Positions 38,264 through 51,943 of a DNA stretch of 64,000 bases are shown here, one piece after another; within the stretch, counting starts at the first letter, position 1, and the number at the start of each line of letters is the position of its first letter. This DNA comes from Octopus sinensis (lineage: Eukaryota): positions 54,808,001 to 54,872,000 of the forward strand of contig NC_043003.1 of NCBI RefSeq assembly GCF_006345805.1, written 5' to 3'. The translations under genes and the position numbers were made by a program. Under the pieces are notes generated by a model. The model worked only from the letters and a program-made list of their open reading frames with translations, was not told the origin of the DNA and did not search any database.

Positions 38264-39581
38264 GTGTGTGTGTGTGAGTGTGTGTGTATGTATATATATA
38301 TGTATATATATATATATATATATGCATACATAGATTCATACATAACCGCCCTCTCATCCGCACACACACACATGAACTTTTGTCTTAAATATGTAAGCAG
38401 ACATACGAAGCGCACTCTCTAATTTCGCTTTCATGCTCTTACACGATGTGATGTAATGGGAAGGATTTTAGAAGACTTGACTAATGATGCGAAAGCTAGA
38501 ATTGGAAGTTCGATTTTAACCGTCAGTTGGACATTAGCTTTACCTAATTTGTCGAAATTATAGTCGAAATGTTGCCGTACTTAATCGCTTCATCTGCAGG
38601 AAATAACAGGGGAATCTGTATTTAACCACAACTTACTGACGAAAAGTACAAATAACCTTATTAGAAAATGCTATCGCAAAAGAGTGGATGATTTTGGATG
38701 GATTAATTTTCATCCAGATTGCTTTTTCCAAGATTGTCCTGTTTTGAGGAACAATTGTAAGTGAAAGAGAGAGCTTTGGTTAATTGGCTTTACTTGCTAG
38801 AAATAACAATGGAATATCTTTCGAATCACATGATTCTGGCACAAATGATTCATCAGATCATCAAGTGCTACACATCGTCTAAAAATAGGGGCCGATCATT
38901 TACTGGAATTAATTAAAAAATAGGATTGTTGGAATCAGCACTGTTTGAATCAGGAAGATAAACGAGAACAAAAAGAACAAACATTGGATATAATTAGATC
39001 TGTAACATATACTTCGTGTATAGACAACCTATCAGGAAATTAGGAGAAACCAACTAAGAAGGTAAACGAGAAAAAGAGAAGCAAGCGGAGAGAGGAGCAA
39101 GTGAAGACGAGTGAAAGAGTGAAGAGAATGAGGGGAGTGGGCTGAGAGACAAGAAGGGAAAAAAAAAAACAAAGATATATTTTTGGTTCAACGGTAAATC
39201 AAAATGTCCGGCGGTATACAGAAAGATTCTTGCAAACACAAATTCACAAACACAAACACACATATCCATATACATACACATGCACACGCGCACACGTATT
39301 TACATGCACGCACATATGCACAGACACACATACTTACATATACACACGAGCACAGATACACAGATTTACATACACACACACACACACACACACTCATACA
39401 CAATCCCGTGCACACACATCCACTCTATCTCTCTCTTTCACACACACACACAAGTATTTATTAAGCTATACGTATGCTTGTTCAAATATTTACGACAAAA
39501 AAATCTATATGTTCTTGTGAGGGAAAGTGCGCAGTTATGTATGAATGTACATATGTACGTATAAAGGCATGTATGTATATT

Positions 39582-39622
<41 letters not shown>

Positions 39623-39873
39623 ATATATGCGATTGAATGTGTGTGTGTTTGGTTATATATATGTGTGTATGTGCGTGTGCGTTAATTTTAATACAGAGAT
39701 ATACAAACAATTTCCAATAGAATTAGACAAAAGCAACGTTGCATATCTTTTGTTTCCTGTGTATTTTTAAAAATTATTCGTACATTTCCGATAATTTTAA
39801 ATCAGAGAAAGCATTAATAACGTTACAGCACATTTTATTCCCACCGCCTTACAAACGTTGCTTTCATACATAC

Positions 39874-39919
<46 letters not shown>

Positions 39920-39922
39920 TAT

Positions 39923-40810
39923 ACAATTTCTTGTTAAGTTTTCCTTATTAAGTAGTTGTCCTTAATTGCTAAATTTTTATTCCGAAAAAACTTTTCCTCT
40001 CCCGAAATGCAATTCGTAAAAGTTTGCCATTTATCCGGATGTAATATATGTAAACTCACCCATGTGCTTCGTTGATGTTGATCAGTTAGCTGATCGCCTT
40101 AAGCGGGGCAGGGTCGTTGTTTATTTATAATACATTCAGGCCTGCTTATGATTACGTAAGTATGAAATCACTGTGATACAGGTCTATATTTTTAAATGCC
40201 TTACTTTGAAAAATTGCATTCGGTGGGATAAGTAATATTTTTGGTAGAAATGACTGATTGTCCCTCTTAGCGTTTGGCATGTATGTATAATGCCTTCTGG
40301 CATGTATGTATAATGCCCTCTATATATAAATTAATATGTTCAATAAGAAATAATTATTTTCGAAATTTTTTCTCTTATGAGGTTTTTACGCTATCTACCT
40401 GACAATTTCTTGTTAAGTTTTCCTTATTAAGTAGTTGTCCTTAATTGCTAAATTTTTATTCCGAAAAAACTTTTCCTCTCCCGAAATGCAATTCGTAAAA
40501 GTTTGCCATTTATCCGGATGTAATATATGTAAACTCACCCATGTGCTTCGTTGATGTTGATCAGTTAGCTGATCGGCTTAAGCGGGGCAGGGTCGTTGTT
40601 TATTTATAATACATTCAGGCCTGCTGATGATTACGTAAGTATGAAATCACTGTGATACAGGTCTATATTTTTAAATGTCTTACTTTGAAAAATTGCATTC
40701 GGTGGGATTAGTAATATTTTTGGTAGAAATGACTGATTGTCCCTCTTAGCGTTTGGCATGTATGTATAATGCCTTCTGGCATGTATGTATAATGCCCTCT
40801 ATATATAAAT
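39923..40810 (+). mobile_element. Partial tandem (1.85 copies, 479-bp period) of a hammerhead-containing unit between (TA)n tracts
   Basis: acaatttcttgttaag occurs at 39923 and 40402, and each copy has an HHR motif. Confidence 0.85.
40618..40663 (+). ncRNA. Type I hammerhead ribozyme (core-mutant copy at 40139-40184)
   Basis: GGCCTG-CTGATGA-T-TAC gtaa GTA-T-GAA-ATCAC t GTGAT-A-CAGGTC. The first copy has CTTATGA. Confidence 0.75.
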
Positions 40811-40877
40811 TATATATATATACATATATATATATATACATACATATATATATATATTTATACACACACATATATAC

Positions 40878-40932
<55 letters not shown>

Positions 40933-40957
40933 CATATATATATATATACATATATAT

Positions 40958-40996
<39 letters not shown>

Positions 40997-41184
40997 AAGA
41001 GAGAGAGAGAGAGTGAAGGGTAGATGTAGATATATACACACATATATATAATATATAATGTATATATATATACATGGATATTTGTAATTTTATATGTATT
41101 AGCATATCTATCTATCTATTTATCTATATAAATATATAAATGTGTATATATATATATATATATATATTAGTATATAGGGATAGG

Positions 41185-41233
<49 letters not shown>

Positions 41234-41237
<4 letters not shown>

Positions 41238-41733
41238 TTTCATTTCATTTCATTTGGGTTTGAGTCCATGCTCAGGCCAAGTCGAAGACTCCGCCCTCAG
41301 AGTCTGGTGTGGTTGCCAGGTTGTATTCTCTGCTTAATTTTGACATGTGTAGGAGCGAGTTTGAGTCAGTTTGTGCTCGTTGTGTATATCCTGGGAGATG
41401 GGGTTCATCTCTAATGGTGCTTAAGTATCTATCCAGTTGCAATTTGAATGATTCCACACTGCATCCTGATAGATTTTTGACATGTACCGGAATGGAGTTG
41501 AACAGTTGTGCTCCTCGAACCAACAGACTTGATTCTCGCAGGGTTTTTGCTGCCTGGCCAGCCTTTTTGTTGATTGGTGGCAGCTGGCAGCGTCTTCCGT
41601 GGCGCAGTGAGTGGTAGGTTTTGATACCAAAGTTTGGCACCTTCTGCTCTATCATTTTCCAAATGTATATAATTCGGTATCGCTCAAATCTTCTTTCTAT
41701 TGAGTACATCCTCAAGGTTTTGAGTCTTTGCCA
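41234..41733 (-). mobile_element. 3' end of a CR1/L2-group LINE with (GAAAT)n tail
   Basis: Open frame LRMYSIERRFERYRIIYIWK...GAQLFNSIP...SFKLQLDRYL, followed by a pentanucleotide tail. Confidence 0.85.
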
Positions 41734-42938
41734 ATATATATATATATTAACATATAGATATATATATATATATATATATTTATGTGTGTGGGTGTACGTA
41801 TAAATGCATGCATTTATACATGAATACATATCTACACTAACATATATACGTGTGCGTACTTGAGAATCTATGCAAACATTCTATTGCACGGAAGCATATT
41901 TGACAAATAAGCTCATAGATATATGAGTATGTAGATGTACAGACGCACAATTACCTACGTATGTGGTTATATGTTAATCAATTTCCAAATATTTTTATGC
42001 ACTTTGTTATACGCAGATGCCTGATTAAAACAAATACATCCTTTGCAGTTCTGACGACACGTGTTCCAGTTAATTTATGTTCATTGAATGATAGTGTTAG
42101 TGTTATGAGAGTATATCAGAGACACTTATATGCGTAAGGTAAAGATCAGGCAAAACCCACAGCGCGGTTATTTGTGACACAGCTGGATGTACTTTTGTCG
42201 TACAGGAAATGATTCGAAGTTTATGTGTACTCAATTTGTCAGCAGGCCTCGATTCAATCCGTGATTCTCTCATTTGAAGCAGAAGAGTACACAGGAAGGT
42301 GAAATCACACACTGATATTTGTGGTTGACACCCGAAATTATACAAATACCCATCTGTTATGGACACATATCCGAGCACACGACAAACCACATACGCTTTA
42401 CTTATGGCTATTCGTCGCATTATTTCTCTTCATTGTGGTTGTCCATCTTGTGATGATTATTTTTATCGAGCAGCTGGAACGTATATGCTTAAAGCGTGTC
42501 TTCAATGACAGAGGACGCGCCGTGTCGGTAGTTCATGCAAATACCGATGACTCTTTCGGTATTCTAGACTAACGAACAAATTTGCATGTGGGCAAAAGAA
42601 ATAATATGCAAAGATGCGACTTAGAGCGAAGATATCACTTATACTTGCAAGAGAGTGCTAGTTTATTAATTGCACCTGCAAGTTACAGGAGTGTGCGGGA
42701 AATGCGATTTGTCGGTGATTCCTATAAATATGGTGGCCATAACTTGATATTTGTCTGAATGTATAAGGATTTTCTTAAACACCCTTCTAACTCACTGGAG
42801 AGCAAATCAGTGGAGAAACGCGTCGGAAACAGCTGTAGTGTACTGCAACCCATCTGAGGTTATATACATATGCATACACACACACACACGCACACATATA
42901 TATACAACACACATATATATACATGCATATATATATAC

Positions 42939-43020
<82 letters not shown>

Positions 43021-43079
43021 GTGTGTGTTTCTGTGTCTGTGTGTGTGCGTGTGTGCGTGTGTGTATATCTGAATACGTG

Positions 43080-43151
<72 letters not shown>

Positions 43152-44106
43152 AATATAAATATATACAAAATGGGACAAGAACGGAAAACATCCAGACAGT
43201 TAGGTGATACAAGAAAGGGACAGCAAAGCAACCACGATACAAAAAAACAATGACGGGTCTTTCGGAGTTTTCTTTCCTCAGTCGTGTTCTAGATTATCTT
43301 TGCAATTTCGGCTGATTATACTCGAGATTGTTCCAATCTGGCCAGGTCCAAGGAAAAACTAAGCTAAGAGCATTAGATTCCTTGGAAGAAAGTAGCGAAT
43401 GTATACGAAAACAAGGACGGTAAAAACTAAGAAAGTTACACAAATACAAATAACAGGACATAACAACAGGAGTCTTTCGACTAAAGACGAATTAAATTAA
43501 GCTGGCGTGTGTGGAAGTGAAGCCTTACAGATACAAGATTTCACAGGCACAGGGCAGAATATAGATGTTGCACGGACAGCGCACATGTTGTGTTTGTGAG
43601 TGTGTGTGTGTACTTGTGATTGTTTATACATACATACGTGTATGGGTGTGCGTGCGTCAGTTTGCAATATGTATATATGTATGTCCGAGTGCACTGAGTG
43701 CATGTCATTTTGTCTGTCCCTGTACTATTTGACAACCGGTGTTGTGTTGTTTACGAAACATAATTTAGCGGTTTGAGGAAGAAGAAAAGGAATAAGCACT
43801 ATATTTTAAAAATAACTATCGGCTTCTCTATGTTTGACTAATATCCTACACGCCAAAATACCAGCATGGCTGTAATCAAATGATGGGCAAACATGAAAGA
43901 TAAAACACCATATAAAATATAGCAGCCCATAAACTCTAGCGTAGGCGTATACATTGAGCCAAAAACAGACGGTCGAGAAGACAGATAAATTATATAGTAA
44001 CATATAAGGCACATTCGAACTAAATATAATTAAGAACATATGTTACTAAGGCTATAATCATATGTATAAATTATTATATATAAATATAGTCATGGGTGTA
44101 TATCGA

Positions 44107-44199
<93 letters not shown>

Positions 44200-44258
44200 G
44201 TTTGTCTGTCAGTCTGTCTGTCTGCCTGTCTGTCTCTCTCTCTGTATATATAATAATG

Positions 44259-44298
<40 letters not shown>

Positions 44299-44711
44299 CA
44301 ATGAAATGTGACAACAAACGAATGAGACCTCGATAGGTAAATAGAGGGCTATTTATATATGTATAACATTAAGTCGTTATTATAGTACTCAGAGTTTCGG
44401 ATGTCAGACTATGTATGTATGTATGTATGTATGTAAGTATAATTTAGGGCAAAGAGTTAGTTGTTGTTGTAGTACTCGGAGTTTCGAATGTCGGAGCGAA
44501 TAACTACGATGCATAATCGTCGGCTATTAACGGCAATAGACGCTACGAAAGACCGTTGAATAAAAGGGAAGTTACTCTATTGCCACAAATAGCCGATGGA
44601 ATGCATGGTAGCTTTTCGCTCCGACATTCGAAACTTTGAGTCCTACAACGACAACTTACGCTTTGCCCTAAATTATACATACATACATACATACATACAT
44701 ACATACATACA

Positions 44712-44745
<34 letters not shown>

Positions 44746-44873
44746 CATACATATATGCATGCATGCATACATATCAGTAGGAGAAAAATTTATTTAGAAT
44801 GTTTTTGCTACAAGTGGTCTAGCGGGAAGAAAAAACTAGTCAATAGACTATATATTATTCATATTCAATGTAC

Positions 44874-45022
44874 ATTTAAGCACATAAGAGATAGCCATGA
44901 TAGGACATCTGACCCGCTGGAAGGAATAGTTAAAATCTAAATCCCTAATAGTGGTTTGAATTTTAACTACTCCTTCTAGCGGGTCAGATGTCCTATTATA
45001 GCCATCTCTTACGTGTTTAAAT
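44874..45022. repeat. Palindromic element, 63-bp arms with a 23-bp spacer
   Basis: 44874-44936 matches the reverse complement of 44960-45022 with 7 transitions and no indels. Confidence 0.85.
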
Positions 45023-45083
45023 TTTATATGTACACTGTATATATATATATAAATGTACACTGTATATATATATATATATATAC

Positions 45084-45571
45084 TGTCTTCTAGACCTAAT
45101 ATACTCACTAACCTGCTCCGGGTGTCAAGAGCAGTACGTAGGCCAAACAAAAAATAGTTTGCGTAAAAGAATGGCCCTGCACAGATCCCAGATAAAAATT
45201 CCCCAAAACAGAAAAATAGCTTTCAGCCAACACATAGATACTTGCGCCAACAACAAAACACCAGGCTTCAGGATTTTCCCCCTCTACCATTTTAGGGACG
45301 ATACAACCTCGAGACAACGAATAATTAAAGAAACTCTCTTTATTACAAAATACAGGCCACTTCTTAACGAGTCTACGACAAACGATTAATATACCTCAAC
45401 TTTAGAATAAAAGAAATACACACACACATATTACATTCCAAAGAATCCATTACAAATCAGCCCCAATCACAGCTATAATCCATAACGTGCCAAATTCAAG
45501 TCATATAACACCTCACTACTTTCACCCATTCATATTCTCCCTTCTCTTTTTTCTTCTTCTTCCTCTTCTTC

Positions 45572-45669
<98 letters not shown>

Positions 45670-46243
45670 GTCGTCATCATCATCACCATCATCATCATCT
45701 TCTTCCTCTCCGTCTTCTTCTTCTTCTTCTTCATCATCATCATCATCAACATCGTCATTCTTTTTCTCCACCTTCTACCTCTTAACTTTATCACTAATGC
45801 CTTTTAGTATAACACCTACGCAAATTCCTTAAACAAACCTTTCAATAGAAATATTCTCCTGAATTGAACTGCAACTGCTAGCCGCCACTGACCATTCAAA
45901 ATACGACCATCAAGGCACTCCCAAATTTTTTCCACCCCCTCTCCTCATCAACCTTCTTCTTCTTCTACCCTACCAAGAATTCACAACGGCCTCGAACACA
46001 CAAGTGCAAACAAGGGAGACAGAGAAAGGCAGAATGCCACTTATATTTGAACACTATACAAATATTCATTTAAAAAAACTTTTCTTTTAATTTTTCTAAA
46101 TTTAATTATTTAAACGTTACAGTTGAAAAGGTCTCAAAATGACCGAAACCGGTACTGAAATGTTCTTTATAAAATTATTTTAGCATTTTCTATTTTGACT
46201 TGTTTTTTCATATATATCAACTCGTGTGTTCCTTTTCACCCTT

Positions 46244-46250
<7 letters not shown>
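45084..46250 (+). mobile_element. 3' part of a Penelope-like element (Naiad-type GIY-YIG endonuclease + 3' region with HHR remnant)
   Basis: Open frame 45084-45389: DLIYSLTCSGCQEQYVGQTKNSLRKRMALH...SQHIDTC...RIIKETLFITKYRPLLN (CxxC linker, HxxxC). HHR remnant GGTC/GACC-GAAACCGGTA at 46120-46157. Both ends abut (TA)n. Confidence 0.8.
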
Positions 46251-46340
<90 letters not shown>

Positions 46341-46861
46341 TATATATATCAGTATAAGTACATATCCGTATATAAAGGTATAATATTCAGATAGAAGAAC
46401 ATATATGTGTATGCAAAAGTATAACTCTATTTATGATGTTACAAAAACATACACATAAACGTACGTAAAATATGTGTGATTGTATAATTAAATAATACTA
46501 CAAGCAATCACATGAACAAACTAACCATGCTCTATACTGACACAGATATGAGATGCGTATATTCATATGTACGCATTTATAACAAGATACTTGCTATCGC
46601 ATATCATATTGTATTAGAGTAATTATATGTGTATGATGAATATATTGTCCCATTTTAAATATAAATGTGATAGATATTGTTGGTATTTATTTCTCTCTCT
46701 CGCTGCACACATCTTCAGCGATATCTCGCGATGTCCTTCACTCTATCACTGTCTCTGTCTCTCATATACATATACACACACATATGTGCACGTATATATA
46801 TATATATGTGTGTGTAAGTAAGTATACATATATATATATGAATATATCTGTGCACATATAT

Positions 46862-46933
<72 letters not shown>

Positions 46934-48300
46934 ATATACAAACACATACATACAAACATATACACATATGCATGTGTGTGAGTGTGTTTATATATATGGA
47001 CATATGTTTATATTAAATCATATATATACATATATATATATATATAATATATATTATATATATATATATGTATGTATGTATGTTTGTGGATGTGTGTGCG
47101 TGTCTTTGTGTGTGTTTATCTGCGTCTGTGTGAGTGTGTGTATTTAATTACATGCAATTCTATGGTGTCTGTGTTTGATTCTGACGACATTGTGAAATTC
47201 TTCTCGATATTTCATCCGGTAACCAGCTGCCCTGTTCAATATATCTGTAATTGAAATATAGGATGGTGAGTGTATAATGAAGTAAAATACATGCACTTAT
47301 ACACACATAAGTGCACATACAGACACGCATACCAAACCACTCAAAGGCACGGACGCGCATATATTAGCACACCGAAATTTCGATCTGTAATATGCGATGA
47401 TAAACAAGAAAGGTAAAAGCATCTGCGAGACAAGATTCTAGAGAGATAGGAGCTTACTGATATGTATCCTGCACAAACACACTCGTAGACCTATTCTTCA
47501 GTAAATGCACGCGTTCTCGTACAGGTAGTTTATTGATCTTTATGCACACAAGTTTATGTTTAGCAAGTATAACGAAAAGATACAAACGTAAGTATATACT
47601 TTTCTAATATAGGCACAAGGAAGAAATTTTGGGGGAGGGGGGGCATTCGAGAAGATCGGCGCAAGCACGCAACTGATACTTAATTTATCAAGCACGAAAG
47701 AATGAAAGGCAAAGTCGACATCGGCGGAATTTGAACTCAGAACGTAACGGCAAACGAAATACCAATTTCTTTACTACCCACAAGGGGCGACACACAGAGA
47801 GGACAAACTAGGACAGACAAACTGATTAAGTCGATTATATCGACCCCAGTACGCAACTGGTACTTATTCAATCGACCCCGAAAGGATGAAAGGCAAAGTC
47901 GACCTCGGCGGAATTTGAACTCAGAACGTAACGGCAGACGAAATACGGCTACGCATTTCGCCCTGCGTACTCGCCGTCTTAAATACATAAGTATATAATT
48001 ACAATTGTATTTATAGATTTTTACGGACATAGGTATAACTTCATGTATGTATATATTGGTTTCAAATTATGGAACAATGCTTGAAATTTAGGTTTGGTGA
48101 GTAAATCGGTTACATCGACCCCACTGCTCAACTAGTACTTATTTTATGAATTCCGAGAGGATGAAAAGCAAGGCAAACTTTGGTGGAATTTAACCTCAGA
48201 AAGTAATGAAGGACAAAATGCCGTTAAGCATCTTCCCGGCGCAATGAATAGATTGTGTCATGTCGCCGCCTTACCACACACACATATATATATTAATGTA

Positions 48301-48358
<58 letters not shown>

Positions 48359-48385
48359 CGAATACACAGACACACACACACACAC

Positions 48386-48429
<44 letters not shown>

Positions 48430-48659
48430 TATATATATATTATATATATATATATACCCGACATCCATATCCCCACCACCACAACCCTCACATATCCCAC
48501 ACTACTACACCACACCGCAACACATATACGCACCTTCGTTTTGAGATCACCAATACTTTATTTGCTCCCCTTCTTTCAACCTCTCCTGTCAAATCTTTTT
48601 TTTCTAACTAACCCCCATGCTTGTCAGCTAAATCCACAAGTTTTATTTTTTCTCTTATT

Positions 48660-48697
48660 TCTTTCTGTTGAAGAGCGTAGGCTCGAAACGTAAAAGA
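48660..48697 (+). ncRNA. Minimal HHR-like motif with core substitution (related copies ~22110-22146 and ~26806-26842, minus strand)
   Basis: TCTTT-CTGTTGA-A-GAGC gtag GCTC-GAA-ACGT-A-AAAGA. Confidence 0.55.
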
Positions 48698-48795
48698 CTT
48701 TTTCACTTTCCTGACCATCAAACTAATACACCTGCTTGTTGTTCGTACACTTGTTTTCATCTTCTCTACATTTTAACTACACACACACACACACA

Positions 48796-48828
<33 letters not shown>

Positions 48829-48841
48829 CACACATACATAC

Positions 48842-48887
<46 letters not shown>

Positions 48888-48905
48888 TTATACTCATATT
48901 ATTAT

Positions 48906-49050
48906 TATAAGGTTGTCCCAAAAGTTCGTAGAAAATCTTGGAAAATAATGGCCTTTATTTTGAGGAATAATTTTTGTTGTTTTTGTTAGTACTTGGCGAG
49001 TAAAAATTCAATTTTCGCAAGTGTTTACGAACTTTTGGGACAACCTAATA
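48906..49050. mobile_element. Mariner-type MITE (~145 bp)
   Basis: TIRs aggttgtcccaaaagttcgta / tacgaacttttgggacaacct with TA-containing flanks. Confidence 0.85.
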
Positions 49051-49055
49051 GATAC

Positions 49056-49104
<49 letters not shown>

Positions 49105-49589
49105 ATTTCTCACGTTGTATCGAGACAATTGTAATTTCAGAATTAAAAATAGTACCATAAATTACAGTGTTTGTTTCAGTATATCCATACCTGCGACTAA
49201 TACACTTGGCCAGGAATTGCAACTTTTATTTATCGTTTTCCTGTTAAAGATAAAGTATCTACATACATGCAGTTGATGACAAGAATTTACAGAAGTATTT
49301 CATAAGAACATAGCTCGGATATTAATCCATTTGTATGTCATATACTGCCGTCGTTCATTCGTCCTCTTCGTTTTTGTGTAGTTCTTTCTGAGTCTGCATT
49401 TCCGAATTTATATAGACGAGTAATTCCGTATCCATCACATGGTGAATTCACATGGTGCGTCACATGGTGAATTCACATGTGTGTCTATATAAATTCGGAA
49501 ATGCTGTTTCTCTTATATTACTATGATCGATGTCGCTAGATCGAGCGTACATAAGTTTTATTAGCATTTTCAAATTTATAATCTTGAAT

Positions 49590-49649
49590 GTCATGCTGAA
49601 GAAGGAAATGAATTTTTACACAATTCTAATCCCGAAACGCGTACACGAT
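49590..49649 (+). ncRNA. Type I hammerhead ribozyme, near-intact
   Basis: GTCATG-CTGAAGA-AGGA..GAATT/AATTC..TCCC-GAA-ACGCGT-A-CACGAT. One mismatch in helix I. Confidence 0.7.
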
Positions 49650-51912
49650 TAACTAAGGGCTGGTTAGTTTCGTTATTTTTCTTCTTTTTGCCTATGTGAG
49701 CTATATTGTAGCAGAAGAATTAGTAGTTTTGACTGCTATCTCTAAATTTCGGTATGTGGTGAAGCGACTTTTGCTGATTCCTTAATTATGTTTATAATTA
49801 TAAACCTAATATCTATTATATATATATATATATACTATTAAAAGTCATATTGAATCTTACTTGCTTGCAACGCTACTCAGCCAAACTGGTGTATAATGGG
49901 AAAATACTATGAATTAAGTAGCCTGAAATGTAAATAAGAACGGAATGAAACAAATTTCGCGTAAATCAAATAAGTGGTGGTAGAGATATTAGACGTTTTC
50001 ATAATGGGAAAAATCTCCGAAAATAATCTGCATCCAGAAAGGGAATAAACTCTTATCTTTCGATTAGACACAGTAACTTAATGAAAAATTAAGATTCGTT
50101 TTTTTTTTACAATAAACTAGCTGCCTCAGTGCCGTCAAAAATGACAGCTAGTTGTAGTATTTTATATATAAATAAGGTACGTAAGAATCACACATACAAA
50201 CATTAAAATACTTCCCTTGTACACGCATTCACATATACACATATATAATCAGAGTTGAAACGCTATTTGATTTTTGCTTTCAGCGTTGAATAGTCACTCA
50301 TACATATTCACATTCGCATTTTGCCATCACCACTTCCCTTCCTTCCTTATTCATCTCATTCACATATTGTGACGAAAAACAAAAACCAAGAAAAAAAAAA
50401 AAACATGAGTATTATTCTTTTCTACTCTAGGCACAAGGCCCGAAAGTTTTGTGGAGAGGGGCAGTCGATTAGATTCACCGCAGTATGCAACTGGTACTTA
50501 TTTATCGACCCCGAAAAGATGAAAGGCAAAGTCGACCGCGGCAGAATTCGAACTCTGAACGTAAAGACAAAGAATCGTCAAGCATTGCGGCCGGCGTGAT
50601 AACGTTTCTACCTGTTCGCCGCTTTATGCAAGAGTATTATTATAGTAGAGAGAATGTTTCTATTTCCCTTTTATTGAGCACAATACTTTAATCAATTAGA
50701 AGTATTTATAAGTGAATGTGATTTAAAAAATGTAAGCTGTTTGTAGAGTAAGTATTTATATTGTAGCTTTTTTTAAACTGACAGTATTTTCATGGTTTTT
50801 AAAATTATTTTCAAGTGAATACCATAGCAAAACTTTTTGGCATATTTAAAAATATTTTAAAGTGAAAATGACTTTAAAAATGCAGTAAATATTTCGAAAA
50901 AGACCCTGCTGTATTCTTTCGCCACAATTTTCTCTCACTCTTTCTTCTGTTAGCCTGCTCGCTTAGCCAGTGGGGTGGCGTCGGTTGAAAGGTAAAACAA
51001 TGCGTAGCGCATTATGACCAGCGATGTGTAGCAACATCTGATAGCCTGGTCCGTCACGGTGATCACGGTTATATATATATATACACATATATATAAGTAT
51101 ATGTATATATAGATACATACACTTGCATACGTACATACGTCATTCGGTGTGCATTTGCGTGAGCAAGCATGGAAATTCTTACATTCATAAATACATTGAT
51201 TACATACAAACTATTATAACTTGTTCATACAGAAGTTTCTTTAGCCGCCGGGGATTAAGTGATTATGCACATACGTTCCTACGAGTGTTCCTGGGTATAT
51301 GTGTGAGTACACACACACAAACACACACACAAACACACACACACTCACACACATATATATACATATGTCATTACGTAACCACAAAAGGCTTGTTTATATG
51401 CGTTTCTATGTCTCTCTTACTGCCTCCGTGAGCGCACGCGTGTGCGTGTGCGTGTGTGTGTATGTGTATGTGTGTGTGTGTGGTGTGTGTGTGTGTGTTT
51501 GTGTATGTGAAAGAATTGTTTCAAAGCAGGTATTTAATGTCATCCGAATATCTGCAAGCTTACAAATTTAATATGACATTATTTTGGCTACACAAGACGC
51601 GGAAGGGAATATTTGGTCAACTGATACTACTGTAGCAACCGCTCTCAGCTTTTGGCTGTCAATCATTCGTTTTCCACTTTAATTCCGCTCCACAATCTTG
51701 ATATTATTGTCTTAATGTCATTATCTACGCTAGCAACCTATCCGCCCCTACTGAAGCACATCATGATGTTGATAGCATCACAGGACATCACCATTAATCG
51801 CCATTTCCCCGACCATATGTACAGCCTATTCTTTCTGAGATAGCTTAATTTAATACGATCTTTGATCTGAAAATAACCGCCTACACATTTACATGTAGTT
51901 CATAAAGCACAT

Positions 51913-51943
<31 letters not shown>

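Noticed and set aside
38815-38865. Minus-strand CTGATGA...GAAAGATAT
   Set aside because: Helix I does not pair; the segment resembles a common repeat tail, so this is likely chance.
42400-42870. Possible highly decayed GIY-YIG (CPSC...) plus GAAACGCGTC half-HHR; a related motif lies at ~17710-18170 on the minus strand
   Set aside because: Too degenerate to support without a homology search.
43255-43300. CTGAGGA...CCGAAAG in the dispersed repeat shared with 7295-7605
   Set aside because: Helices I and III cannot be formed in either copy.
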